Shown here in pieces: positions 1-13,749 of a stretch of 64,000 nucleotides of DNA. Each line of letters starts with the position of its first letter. The first letter of the stretch is position 1. Under the pieces are notes generated by a model. The model ran no database searches, was not told the origin of the DNA, and saw only the letters and a list, made by a program, of their open reading frames with translations. The stretch is from NCBI GenBank assembly GCA_034780895.1, contig JAUZTB010000076.1, forward strand, positions 93,367,374-93,431,373, in the 5' to 3' direction. The position numbers and the translations under genes are program-made. Origin of the DNA: Rhynchobatus australiae. Its lineage: Eukaryota.

Positions 1-3000
1 GAAGCATGGAATTTGAAAACACATTCTGTGGTATACACACACCATGAAACCTGATCACGATCAGCAATTGTTTGCACTTTAGTTCAATCACCCAGCACGT
101 AACAGCATGCTCTATGGAATTGATTTTCTGGACCAATGTGTCACATCGAGTTATGGGCCTCATAAGTTCCATGTCATGCCTTTGATCTTGACAGTGCAAT
201 TGTGGTCAGAGGTCATGTGACCAGGTGTTTCCCCACAGGAAAGGAAGGTAAGATCAGGGGTCAGATCTTTTATCCGCCTCCTAAACAAGAAATGTTATTG
301 GGCATTTATGCACTCAGCCATTGAGTCATCTGTCGTTGTCAGGAGTGGNNNNNNNNNNGGAAGATATTAATGGGCCAATTACATAGGAAATCACAGAAAA
401 TGTGGTGTATTATTGAAGATGGTTCATGTGCAAGTTCTGCCACAATTATTTTGGACTCAGAACTGTTAATAGTCACAAAATCAGCTGTGTAGTGCTTGTT
501 GGTTGGGCAGTACTGGTATCAAGTTGCTTCCAACTGGTGTCCACATGTGCAGGGATATTTGTCATTCAAACCTGCCATATTGGGAGGGGTGCAGTAACGT
601 GAAGAGTAGCTGTATCATAATGATACAGTCTGCAGTGCTTATTTTAAACCAGTGTTGCCAAATGTAATCAATGATGCAGCAAGTGCCGTCTGTTTGAGAT
701 ATATGAGGGGCCATCACAAGTGGAATAGTCAATAACTTGTAGTCTGGGTGCTCTTCAGGGTGTTGGCTTGNNNNNNNNNNNNNNNNNNNNNNNNNNNNNN
801 NNNNNNNNNNNNNNNNNNNNNNNNNNNNNNNNNNNNNNNNNNNNNNNNNNNNNNNNNNNNNNNNNNNNNNNNNNNNNNNNNNNNNNNNNNNNNNNNNNNN
901 NNNNNNNNNNNNNNNNNNNNNNNNNNNNNNNNNNNNNNNNNNNNNNNNNNNNNNNNNNNNNNNNNNNNNNNNNNNNNNNNNNNNNNNNNNNNNNNNNNNN
1001 NNNNNNNNNNNNNNNNNNNNNNNNNNNNNNNNNNNNNNNNNNNNNNNNNNNNNNNNNNNNNNNNNNNNNNNNNNNNNNNNNNNNNNNNNNNNNNNNNNNN
1101 NNNNNNNNNNNNNNNNNNNNNNNNNNNNNNNNNNNNNNNNNNNNNNNNNNNNNNNNNNNNNNNNNNNNNNNNNNNNNNNNNNNNNNNNNNNNNNNNNNNN
1201 NNNNNNNNNNNNNNNNNNNNNNNNNNNNNNNNNNNNNNNNNNNNNNNNNNNNNNNNNNNNNNNNNNNNNNNNNNNNNNNNNNNNNNNNNNNNNNNNNNNN
1301 NNNNNNNNNNNNNNNNNNNNNNNNNNNNNNNNNNNNNNNNNNNNNNNNNNNNNNNNNNNNNNNNNNNNNNNNNNNNNNNNNNNNNNNNNNNNNNNNNNNN
1401 NNNNNNNNNNNNNNNNNNNNNNNNNNNNNNNNNNNNNNNNNNNNNNNNNNNNNNNNNNNNNNNNNNNNNNNNNNNNNNNNNNNNNNNNNNNNNNNNNNNN
1501 NNNNNNNNNNNNNNNNNNNNNNNNNNNNNNNNNNNNNNNNNNNNNNNNNNNNNNNNNNNNNNNNNNNNNNNNNNNNNNNNNNNNNNNNNNNNNNNNNNNN
1601 NNNNNNNNNNNNNNNNNNNNNNNNNNNNNNNNNNNNNNNNNNGTGAGAGGAGAAACAGGGAGGTGAAGGGCCTTCAGCAGCAAGCACCAGGGTCTTCCAC
1701 GGGGAAATTCTCCTCTGTGAATCACAGTGAGGAACAACGTGTGAGGCTTCTAAGACTCAATATACAAGTTATGAGGTCCTTGGGTTTAAAATAACTTGAG
1801 TTTCAGTTCTCAAAGGAGAAGATACTTACTGAAAAGCAAGAAGCACGTGCGAAAGTGTGGTACTAGCTGAGGTACTGACGACTTTCTGGAATTCTGCTGC
1901 TTCCCACCTGGTACCAGGCTAAATTTACTAGCCACCCGATTCCCGGGTGGGAAAATCAGAAGCAGAAGACTACAGCCTTGGTCTCTTGGGGATGCATTAC
2001 TCAAACAGCAGTGGGGATGTATAAGTGTGCCAGTGTGGGATCACGCTCCATTTTTAACTCCTAATCCCCACCTGCTCCCTTTTTCTCAACTCACATTTTG
2101 GACTGTTAGCATAGTGGCCACACGTTTCGATTGGGAAGACTGAAAATTGCAGAAGGATCACAGAGGAAGTTGCTGCAACGTTTTGCAGATGGAATCACAA
2201 CATCTGGAAATTTCTATGAGCCTGAGAGTAACTTTACAATGGGCAGAATTTTGGGGGAACAAATAGGTTCCTCAATGATAAAGCAGTGTCACTGGTGTTA
2301 TAAATGATTTACACTTATTCAATATATACTGTATGCTAGAAATTCCTCAATCTTTTAAACCATTATCATGAACCACTTCAGGCCATCGCCTGGTTGTTGG
2401 TGGCATGCATGGGCTGGTTTAAGAAATGTCTGCCTATTATATTGTGATATTATCTGTGTTTTTTAAATTGAATACAGCTGTGCCACATTGTTACATCCTT
2501 TTTGTATGTAAAGGATGTGACACCTGTTTGAGGAGACCCATTTCCAGGGACTTATCAAACAGGTGTCATATCCTTTACATACAAAAGACCTGTGTCAGTT
2601 ATGGACCCAGGGTACTTATTCTTTACTTTCTTCAATATGGCCTGGGTTTTCAGGCTCAGGACCTTGCCTGTTAGTGAGAACGAACGTGCACTTCAGGTAA
2701 CGTTATGTCCAATCAATGGAGGATAATTTGGAGGTCTTCCACCTGCATGTGCCAAACGGGGGGGTTCAGAGATACAAGGGAAATTGGAGCCAAAGTGCAA
2801 ACACAACCAAAATTGAAAGTCAGGTTCTGACATTGGCCTTATCTGCATTTACATTAAATGAGATTAAAGCTGATGAAGCAGATACTATTAATAAAATCTG
2901 TAGTAGTTTCCTTTCCATTTAAAAACGGACTGTCAAATGGCAAGCAGCACCACTGCAGTCTAAAAGGTATGTGGATCACTCTCTCAGTTTTTCTTGTCAA

Positions 3001-5109
3001 AAAACACTTTATTCTTCAACAATCAACATTAATTATTTACTGGAATAGCAAGCAGCAACATGCAAAGGAATGATTGCTGTTNNNNNNNNNNNNNNNNNNN
3101 NNNNNNNNNNNNNNNNNNNNNNNNNNNNNNNNNNNNNNNNNNNNNNNNNNNNNNNNNNNNNNNNNNNNNNNNNNNNNNNNNTGTTATGGAAAGCTGGACT
3201 TTCATGTGAAGAAACATAATTTTAGTCCCAGTGTAGCCAGTGTGAAGATGCATTAATCCTGAGGCCCAATTCATTATTCATAATGCACCAGCTGCACTTG
3301 CACAGCAAGGACAAGGGAAGAGCATCTTTCCATGTAGCTTCAGAGGGAGCTTGCTGGGTTAAGCTGTGAATTAAAACATTCATTTATTGTAGGAAGTTTA
3401 TACTGAACCAAAAATGAATAAGCTGTGCATTAAAAGTAAAAAAAAAGTGAAAACACACGGTAGAAACCTTTGGATGGAGCAGATTATGCCTAGAAAATGG
3501 ATTGCACAGCACTTGGTTTTTAAGTGCTTAGTGAACCAGAGGTGGTTTTACACAGAGTGAATTGCATTAACAATCATTGTCGGATAATACCTGTGACTCT
3601 CCTAAAATTGGACAGGGGACTTCAGGTCAGGACGCATGCCCGCGTGCCTGACCTCTCCATAGCATCAGGCGTGCATGCAGTTATGTCCCATTTCACTGCA
3701 TCTTTGATCTCCTTCCAAATAAAAGTGCACCTCTCCGGTTGGGAGATCATCTGTCAGTCACAAAAAAAAGCACAATCTGCTCAAATCACTAAATACACAC
3801 GAATCGTGTTCTCTGTTCTACTTTGATGTTTTTTTATCACAACACTGGATGCACATATTCCAATGGTGTAAGTATTGGTACAATAATTGTTCCTTGCTCC
3901 ATCATTGTTGTATTTTTAGTTTCTGCACCTGCATACAATATGCTGTGATCTCTGCCTCATTGATCAGCCCACAACTTGCAGTCGTCTGATGTTACTTGTA
4001 GCACAGGACTCTTCAGGGCAGATGGTCAGATGGGGGAAGCCACACGCAATGAATCACCCCTCCCCTGTGTTTTACTTCACTGCCATGTCACTTTTTACAT
4101 GGCTGCATAGTTGTCAAGTGCTTTAAGGTCCCTTGACTCTCTCTGTGCATGGATCAGCAAAGACACAGCAATCATGATGCTTCTCTGCCTCTCCCTGTGG
4201 GAAACACATTGGAAACATGTTCCTCTGTGGTAGGAACTTGGACAAATGCTTCACAATTTTTCAGGAAGAAAGTGCCACTAGTGTGCAGTGCAACAAGTTA
4301 TTAGCACATCTAATTGGGTCCAATCCAACTTTTGGGCATTTGGGTTTCATTGATCACCTTTCATTCAAAGTAGTGGATGCTAGAGGTGAACAGGTTTCAA
4401 GTCAGTGTAAAGCTGGGGATAGGGGACAGTGAAAGAACAAAAAGAGAGGAAGAGATATGTGATCCAGGAGCCTGCCAAGTGATGATCAAAATGGCAGATG
4501 TGCCAGGCCAACGTTGGTGATAATGGGCAAGCTTTGGAGACAAAATATTGGTAAAGAGATTGCAAAATGTCATGAAGAAGTGGGAGTTGTACATAGAATC
4601 ATCCAGGTCTGAGTATTTGGTGGGTGGAAGGCAGTCATGTGTTTTGTAAACAGTTGGGGGTAGAGAAGGATTGGGAAGGGAAATAGAGCAGCTTGTTAAG
4701 GTGCAGGGAGGATGGGAGAGGGAGAATGTCTCCGAGAGGGTAAAACTGGGGTGAGCATTAGGATAACTGTAAACGAGGTGATCTGGTCAGTGACTGAATG
4801 GGAGAAGTTAGAGAGTGTGAAGACGTGACAGCTGCTGCTCAGAGACTTTTGGAATCAGTGAAGAGGCCCTCAACAAGACAGCTGTCAGTGGGCCACCTGG
4901 AGGGTCTGTGGGCGAGGGCTCAGTTTCTGCTGCCTGACACCTAGTTGCCACGTGCCTTGTTTCACTCCATGAAACAGCTCAATGGCAAGTCCTCAGTGTC
5001 ATTAGGAACCATGCTCCCACAGATTATTGTGCCGGGGCTACAACAGATGGCAAGCTNNNNNNNNNNNAGCCCAGAATATCTTTTTTTCATGTTTTATATC
5101 AGATGTCCT

Positions 5110-5385
5110 TAAGTTCCATCAGTAAGCTCCCCCCCCCCGTTATTTCCCTGTAACTTATTCTCTCTCACATTCTCATCAACCCTAACCCCCACAATTCTCC
5201 TACCTACATGAGGGGTAAATGACGGTAACCAGCTAACCAACCAACCAGCATGTCTTTGGGATGTGGAAGGAAACCGGAGAATCCTGGAGAAAACCAAGCA
5301 GTCACTGGAAGAACATGCAAACTCCACACAGACAGCACCAGACACTGGGTCCTTGGAGATGTGAGGTAACTGCATTACATGTGCC
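5110..5385 (-). mobile_element. V-SINE (HE1-like tRNA-derived SINE)
   Basis: Reverse complement contains the V-domain core gtctgtgtggagtttgcatgttcttccagtgactgcttggttttctccaggattctccggtttccttccacatcccaaagac. Confidence 0.8.
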
Positions 5386-5744
5386 TCCCTAACAGTGATT
5401 GAAGTATGACGATACGCATTATGATGGCTTCAAGCATTCTTTTTATCTCCCATAAGGTCGTCATGTATCCCTCAGGAGATACTTAACACCCCTCCCCCTC
5501 CATGAAGATGGTAAATTCACTCTGGAGTTGACCCCCTCTGAAGGGAGTCAAGGGGACTTAACACCAGCTTAGATACTTGCACATTGGCATCAGAGTAAAG
5601 GAAAAAACTTGCATCTATAAAGTGTCTTTCATATCCTCAAAGAGCATTACTGCCAATGAAGTAAACATTGAACTGTTGCCACTGTTGCAATATACACTGT
5701 GAGCTCCACCAAGGTACTGTGATAATGGCCTGATGGTTTGTAAA

Positions 5745-7030
5745 TTTTTATTTCAAAAATAAGCTTTATTCATGAAGATATATACAGCAAATACAATACA
5801 ATCAGTACATGTCTCTCTTTACATTCATTGTGTCATCAAACCAATATTTTCTTTGTTCAAATCACCAATGCCACTCATGTTGTTCTCTTAGAACAATACA
5901 TACTTCATGTGTTTGAGGGGCTGTTACACAAGACCCAGCACCTTGGTGTCTGGTGGCACCAGGACCTTAGATTGCAATCCTTCCTTACCAAGTCATTGCG
6001 TAGGCAGTGCCAACATTCAGTGCATGCCTTAACATGTTTTCCTGTAGCCTGGCATGAGTCAGTTGGCAGCATTGCCTTACGGACATCTCATTGTACGAAA
6101 ATAACAACGTTGCAGGCAGACCAAAGTGCATCTTTCACCGAGGTGATGACTTTCCGGCAGCACTTAATGTTTGCCCCAGTAAATAACCCGTAGATCAGAG
6201 TCTCTTGTTACGCATCTGCTCAGGGTGAACCTCAGGAAGGACCACTGCATTATTTTCTAGATATGGCAAATGCACAGCACACAAAAAGGTGGATGATCAT
6301 CTCATCCGCAATGCAGCCATCTTGCAGGCAGTGTGTGTTGGGACTGAGACTCCAACTGTGCAGCAAGGACCTGACGGGGAGGGTCCCTGTCACTGCCAGC
6401 CCAGAGAGGTCTTGGTGCTTGTTGGTGAGTTCTGGCAATGATGTGTTCTACCAGATGATTTTAACAGTCTGCTCAGGAATCAACCTATATGATCCATCAT
6501 GTCTTTGTCCCGCAGGGCTCACAGGATGTTCCATGTTGACCATTGCCTGATGGACTCATGGTCAAAGATGTTTATCTGCACAAAGTTTTCCTTACAAAGG
6601 ACAGATAGTGTCACAAGGTCCAGCCAAACAAAACATTGCACAGGAACAACACCAGGGACAGGCAGAACCTCAGCAGATAGTGACACTTGCTGATTGTGTA
6701 CTTCAGTTCTAAGCACAGCTCGATATATCCACACACAGAGGTGGCCATCAAGATGAGGGCAAATTTGGATATGCTTTTTCCTCTTTTCTCTGGAGACCCG
6801 TCAGATTCACCCCATCTTGGATCTCCAGAAGAAATGCAAGGTGGCTCAGGTGACTGCCACAACACATGAGTGTGGGGTACGGGCCTATATTAGTGATGCT
6901 CACTGAGGGATGTATGTTGGTCAGAAACCTAGGGTAACTCCTCTGCTCTTCTTCAACACGCCGGTACTTCTTTAACTCTGCCTGAGAATGCCAGTGCCAC
7001 CTCCATTTAACATTGCATAAAATCAACCAG
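5745..7030 (-). mobile_element. Tx1-like (L1 clade) LINE, degenerate 3' part of ORF2
   Basis: Minus-strand peptides FALILMATSVCGYIELCLELKYTISKCHYLLRF and PELTNKHQDLSGLAVTGTLPVRSLLH..C..GC..E..IHLFVCCAFA (CCHC zinc knuckle). A-rich tail with AATAAA near 5765; frameshifts and stops. Confidence 0.8.
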
Positions 7031-7734
7031 CAATTAATCTGTGCATAATTTCAGTTGCTTTAGGCAATGCAGGAGGGAGGATCCTTCCTGCCATGGTTGA
7101 GGTTCAATTGCTTGGTAACTTATGCTGATAAATGAGCTCTGTATTTCTGAACACGGATATTCCAAAAATATAAACAATGCAATCAAAAACAAAAGAAAGA
7201 AACAGAAAGACTTTTTTTTCTGAACTGCTGTGGATTCTTCAATTGCAACGTAGCGTCTGATTACCACGATTTACAACTTCACCATCTACCCATGACAGCA
7301 TGAACAATATCATATCAAATGGTTATAACATAGAAAACTGGCTTAAGTACACAGGATAGGATAAACACGTGCCTACCAGGAAGGATCAAAAGACTGGGAG
7401 TCTTTTCTGGAAGCAGGAAAGCTGTAGAGTGACATGACTGAGGCCATGGTAGAACAAGAGTTGTGGAGTTACCATATGTGACCTGACCAATAATTCATCC
7501 CTCTTATCACAAACACAGATCATCAGGCCATTATCCAAGTGCTGATATCATGAGTAGATTTGATAAGATGGGCGCTGAGAAAGTGCTTCTATTCTGTTGT
7601 TGAACAAACCCAGGGGCCATAAATATAGTCAGTAATGAATTCAATAAGGAATTCAGGTGAAGTCCTCTAACCCACAATTGTCAGTGTGGAAGTCAACCCC
7701 AAAAGTTGTTGTTAATGCTTGAAGGGCACCCAGA

Positions 7735-8050
7735 TCACACTGTGGATTCATAGATCCAGCAATCTGGGTTTAATTCTGATATTGCTGTCTGTGTGGAGGT
7801 GGCACTTTCTCCCTGTGACCATGTGACCTTTGGGTGCCCTCACATTCCAATGGTGTGCAGGTTGGTAGATTAATTACTTACTGTCAATTGCCCCTAGTAT
7901 AGGTGGCGTCAGAAGAATCAGGGTGAAGTTGATTGGCAACTTCAATCTGAGGGAAAGAAAGAAAATGGGTTACGTCCCATCAGCAGCGAAATGGGATTAG
8001 TGGCATTGTTCTCGAAGCAGGCATTGACTTGAAGCAGGCATTGGTCATGC
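7735..8050 (+). mobile_element. Degenerate V-SINE
   Basis: ctgtctgtgtggaggtggcactttctccctgtgaccatgtg...cacattccaa resembles the V-domain of the other copies. Confidence 0.55.
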
Positions 8051-9599
8051 AGTCATGCAGCATGGAGGAAAGACAGAGTCCATACCAACCATCAAACACC
8101 CATTTACATCAATTCTACACTGCTTCCATTTTATTCTGCCCACAGTCCCATCAATTGCCCCCAGATNNNNNNNNNNNNNNNNNNNNNNNNNNNNNNNNNN
8201 NNNNNNNNNNNNNNNNNNNNNNNNNNNNNNNNNNNNNNNNNNNNNNNNNNNNNNNNNNNNNNNNNNNNNNNNNNNNNNNNNNNNNNNNNNNNNNNNNNNN
8301 NNNNNNNNNNNNNNNNNNNNNNNNNNNNNNNNNNNNNNNNNNNNNNNNNNNNNNNNNNNNNNNNNNNNNNNNNNNNNNNNNNTTGTTTCCATGGTATACA
8401 TCTAATGTAATTCTATGCAACACACTAGGAGAGTTCTTTCACCTTGACCTTCCTGGACTTGTGTGAGTGAGGAGCTTTTCTATGTTGAAACAGAAGATCT
8501 TAAAGGTCATATTTTAGTCTGATCAATTGGATTGTATAATTTTTATTTTACAAATAAACTCAGAAAATGATCCCAATTTCATATTGATGGAAAATAATTA
8601 TCTAAACAAAGGAAATATTTCATATAGAAGCTGGAAAATGATTTTATATTCAATTCATGAGAATGACTTTCATAACTCACTCATCCTCACTCGTACAGGA
8701 TTCACCTTCATTTACAAGCCTTTGAGGTTGGCCTCTGAGTATTCTCCAGAAAAGTAAAAGGAAATGGAACTGAATACAAATTAAATCAGAACAAAACGAA
8801 CTGATGGTTTGGTGGGTAAATGCAGCACAGTGGTTGTGGAGGCAGGGTTAGAATGATAGCAGATATGCAAAAAATGCAACAGCAGGGGAATGGGAAAAGG
8901 AATTGAAAGGACAAAGCAATGGATTCAATTAAAAGGGGAAAAGCAATGCAAGTAAATTCCAATTTAAAGTATGATGTAAAGAAAAGGGTGCCTTGTGGAG
9001 CTATTCAATTAGCTGTCCTGGCCAGGGTACTAAAATATTGATATAGTTCTTAACTGGTCATCCATTCTNNNNNNNNNNNNNNNNNNNNNNNNNNNNNNNN
9101 NNNNNNNNNNNNNNNNNNNNNNNNNNNNNTGGCTGACATTCAGAAGAGCATATAGTGCCAGCAATCAAAGACAGACTTCTGCCCCCACAGGTCTTCCAAG
9201 GCTGAAGGACAGTGGCCCACAGAAATATTCTTTGCAGGATCAATTGATTGTGACCCACCACCTGCAGAAAATGTCAATCAGTTTCATAAAGGTTGATGGT
9301 GAAATCTGTAAAGCTCATGAAAAGATGCACTCAGAGAGTTGAGCCTGTGCGCACTGTGCCAGTTTACTTCATTGTCAGGAAGGCAATTTTTTGTCTTATA
9401 CCTTGTGCATGAAGTCAAGAACTTAGCATTCTCTAGTGTGTGATTTGTGATTTCTAAGTGCTGCTAATTTACTGAATACCATAGTCCTGTGGAATGAATC
9501 ATTGCTGATTGCTGTAAGGACTGGAGCTCTTAAAGGGGAGCTGACCCCTCAGTCACACCATTACTGGGAGTGATTGAATCTTCAACTAAGCACTGCGAG

Positions 9600-9830
9600 A
9601 TGCCTGAACAGGAATGGGAGCAGGCTCCCAGGTTCACAGATGCTGAACTGGCCATTCTGGTGGAAGAGGTGACACCCGTTGTCGGGGCATGTATGAGAGA
9701 AGTCATTAGAGTGAGACCTTCTCAATTCAAGGGGAAATAAGAAAGGAGGAATTGACAGTGAGAAGTGAAGCATCATGGACCTGGCTGCAGAGCGAAAAAA
9801 TGTTTAACAATCCCACTGTTGCAGTCAAAC
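9600..9830 (+). mobile_element. Fossil Myb/SANT-like (NAIF1/MSANTD-type) ORF of a PIF/Harbinger transposon
   Basis: ATG at 9600 gives MPEQEWEQAPRFTDAELAILVEEV..., then after a stop and frameshift SWTWLQSEKMFNNPTVAVK. Matches the R.PRF.D..L..LV.EV ... RTW.QC.KKFNDL pattern. Confidence 0.6.
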
Positions 9831-10449
9831 TTAATGAAACTGAACACAAATCCCATTTTACAATACAGGAATTATCATACATTACACCCTTCCCACTGCT
9901 CAGCACCTCTCAGGTCTCACCCAAACATACAGTTGCTCAAATATGCCAGCCATTTCATTCACACAAACAGAACGTACTTTCTTCTCTTGTGCAGGAGAAG
10001 ACTGCTCATGGATTGTCAGCATGAGCAGTCCAGTGTGGGACCCCCCCCCCGTATTCTGAAAGGCTCAATCATTTAAAAAAGTGTCCAAGCCAACAACAAC
10101 TCTGCAGCCAGACAATAGTGCCCAGTGGAGGGTCAGAAACCATAGTGCCTGACCAGAGACTTGAATGCAGTTATTCTTTCATATCCTGCCATCTGCAACC
10201 CAAAACATTACATGCCTGTAAGCAAAAATATTTCTACCCTGTCTGCTTTCCATTGTACTTCCCCTCTATTTTCCAATTAGATCCTGTTCTTAACTTGCCA
10301 GTTATCACCTTCTTGCTATGCCTACCATTTTCACCTCTCCCCACTGCATCCAATGGGTCAGAGAGGTTGAAGGCATCTAGTCAGAGCACTCCTACTCCTA
10401 ATAACTTTCTATTAGCTGTGCAAACCAAAGGGAGAATCTCTCTGAAAGA

Positions 10450-11400
10450 AAGACAAGAGAGACTGCATATGCTGGACTCTAGAGAAAAAAGCCAACTACT
10501 GGAGGAATTCAGCGGGTCGAGCAGCATCTGTGGAGAGAAAGGAATTGTAGATGTTTCGGGTTGAGACTCTGCATCAGGACTGAGAGCAGAGGGGGAAGAT
10601 AGCCGGTATAAAGAGGAGGGGGAGGGGTGAGACAGGGTCCAGTAAGTGATGGGTGGACCAAGGAGGGGTGAAGGATGATAGGCAGAAGGAGCCAGGTGAG
10701 GGAGGTGGGCCATGGGTGGAGGGGAGACAGACGCAGGTGGATGATTGATGGGAGCAAACAAGGAATCAGAGGTAGATGGAGACAGGTGGGGGAAGGAGAG
10801 GGTGAAGGCGGCGACAGAGGCTGAGGTGCGATAACCCTCCCATTTTTGTTCCCTTTCCCATTGTCCCCTCCAGCCCCCCATCACTCACTTTTATGCTCTT
10901 CCCCTCCATCCACCTACTACCCACACATTTCACCCACCGAATCCCCTCCCCCATCTAGCTCCACCTGGGCTTCATCTCTCCCTTAATGGCTCCCATTATC
11001 ACCTTCCTTACTTTTCGGATTCCAGCACCGTTAGCCTTTGTGTCCACTGTTATCACCCTCCAGCAGCCATCTCCACCTTCACCCACTCCCTCCCCCCTCC
11101 TGGTTATACCTGCCTCCTTTTTTTCCTTGTCTGCTTCCACCTATCACCCATCTACTTAGGTTTCCCAACTTCACCCCTCCCTCTGCCGGCTCCTTCTGCC
11201 CACCATCTTCACCCCTCAGTCCACCTGTCACCTCCAGGCCCCTGCCTCACCCCTTCCTCTCTCCTCTTTATACCGGCTCTCTTCCCTCTCCACCCTCAGC
11301 CCTGGTGCAGGGTCTTGACCTGAAACGTCGACAATTCCTTCCACTCCCCAACATGCTGCTCAGCCTGCTGAGTTCCGCAAGTAGTCTGTATCTTTCTCCT
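10450..11400. mobile_element. Two Penelope-associated terminal repeats in inverted orientation (minus copy about 10450-10830, plus copy about 10830-11400)
   Basis: Left arm ggaggaattcagcgggtcgagcagcatctgtggagag...gtttcgggttgagactctgcatcagg is a diverged reverse complement of right arm cctggtgcagggtcttgacctgaaacgtcgac...atgctgctcagcctgctgagttcc. The same terminus abuts GIY-YIG remnants at 32100 and 51540-51940. Confidence 0.7.
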
Positions 11401-13749
11401 TTCTTACAGAAAGGTGGCAGTCCCAGCTATTATTACTGGGAGCAAATCGAAAGGTGATTGGGTCCTTTCCTTCCAGACTCAGGAAGATTTGGTCCAGTGG
11501 AGAGGGAGGCCAGCAAGAACAGAGCAGCCACATTNNNNNNNNNNNNNNNNNNNNNNNNNNNGAAGTGCCAGTGGTTTGAATCTGTGCCTAATGCTACAAT
11601 TACTGGCATGAGTTAATCATGGCTCATTTCCAATTTCCCACAGTAAAACATGAAACAGTATTGTTGTCACTTAAAAGAAACCATCTTGCTCCCCTGGAGA
11701 ATCATATAAACAACAAATATGGTGAGGATCTTCTTCCAATCGAGTTATTCACCAGTGATTATGGAATGGATGCCAGCACTGGATTCAATTCAATTATTGG
11801 ATATATTTAAATATATGGACCAAAGGATCTTCCCAGAAATGTGGAGACCCCAACATTTTTTTGATGCTTTAAAGTTTTTGCTCTCTTTCCCTTTTATATC
11901 ATGAATTCAAAGTACATTTATTTTCCTAGATCTGAGAACATTACAAAAACAATTTTTATTCTAGGCATACATACAGAAACAATCATAATTCAACATTATT
12001 ATGGAGTAATATTTATAAACAGGATTTAAAGGTAACTCTCCCTATGGACTTTTTTTTTGTATTCTGTGTGTTTCCTCACTCACATAGTTTTGCTTCAGTA
12101 TTTTTGTATAATTCATTCCAATAAGTCACTACCTAATATTGCCAAGATACTTACAATTTGCCTTGTCCACTCTTGATGGATTTGTTCTAACATTTATGAG
12201 AGTCTAGATTTCTGAAGAGTGTACTATATCCAGCAGGACTGGATCTGTTGAACAGCTTCTATCAGTTATCAGTTGCCATCCCTCAGGGCTCTGTCCTTGG
12301 CCTACTTTCTTTTGTACCATACATAAATGATTTCCCTAACGTTTGATCCAGAGCTAGTGCCTTTAGACTTACAGATGACGCTGTGTGATTTTTCATCTCT
12401 GTGTTGTACTGGGCACCTTCTCAAATGGAATGTCATATTTCTCAGTGAAAGCTTCCTTCTATTTGCCTTATCGAAAGAAATAACATTTCCCACAATAAAT
12501 GATTTAAGTTGCCTGCCTGAGTCTTTGAAAATTTATATAAATCCTTTCACAAAATTTGTCAGACTTCTCTATATCATACAGTGAAATTCTGTAAAAATCA
12601 TCTTGCTCTAGATATTTTTGACTTGTGTTCCAGACTATTTTTGTAGGAATGTCCTTACTTCCAATGACCTTGGAAACATTTATACTTGGCGCAATACAAG
12701 TGTAAAGTGCTGTGGTGCCTGATATAATGAACACACAATCCATTTCAGATTAGTTTAGCAATTGGTTCTATTTTGCATTTCCATGGTACATTTGCCCAAT
12801 GGTTAAGTTGCAAAGAAGCTGTAATGATTTTGAAATCCTTGCATTACCTCATGCTAATGGCAGTGATTTATTTTTATCATATTAAATGTATCATTTTTAT
12901 CAGCTTCAGAGACCTTGTACCTTGTGCAAAGAGTTAAACTACTGTCTCTTGGCTGCATGCTCTAAACTTCACCTTGCAATTATAATTTTCAAATGCTTTC
13001 ATAAGCCTGGACCTGATTAATAAATTAATTACCTTATTAATAACTCACTCGTAGTTCATCTGTTCATATTACAAAATTAGATCCAGCTCCAGCCTTAATT
13101 GCCTTCTTTCTAAAGTGTATAATAATAATTATAGCAAATTAACCTTTACGTCTTTTACTGCCCGTCTCTGGGACTCACTGCCCACTGGCACCAAGCCACT
13201 TCCACCTTTATCAATATTTAATATTTCATGCTGGTCACTGTTCAAACCCACATGTAATGATGATTGTGCTTTTGGCACTTTTCCCATGCTGTTTAGTCTG
13301 CTTTATCAGCCTGCTCCATTTGTACGCGGCCTGTAGTATTTTACTAGCGTTGAGTTGTGCTTTGTTTATGTGCCAATCATGTTCACTCTAATGTTGCCAA
13401 CAAAAGCTTGGTGTAAATTATTTGTTTTCTGTTAAATGGAGCTACCCTTTGGAAACATTCACATAAATCAACAGGATATTGTTGCCAAGGGAGAGGTGCT
13501 GACAGTGGAGCACATGAATGCATGTCAGACAACTTTATGATTGTCAGAACATGGCCTCCTGTCGTGGGCTGCATTCCACTCAGATACTTCCACTGTGATC
13601 AGTCATGCCAGTTGCCAGCTAAGCTGCTAAATTTCTCACTCATAATGAACTGCATCAATATGAATCGTACTTTACATAAAGCTCATAGACTATGAAACCG
13701 TTTGGCATGAGAGGGGACAGTAGATGGTTGGCAGATTATATCTTTTAAG

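Noticed and set aside
562-1794. Long ORFs of about 175-390 aa in the track (also near 22007-23073, 23930-24629 and 25590-26528)
   Set aside because: They read through N-runs and are not evidence of genes.
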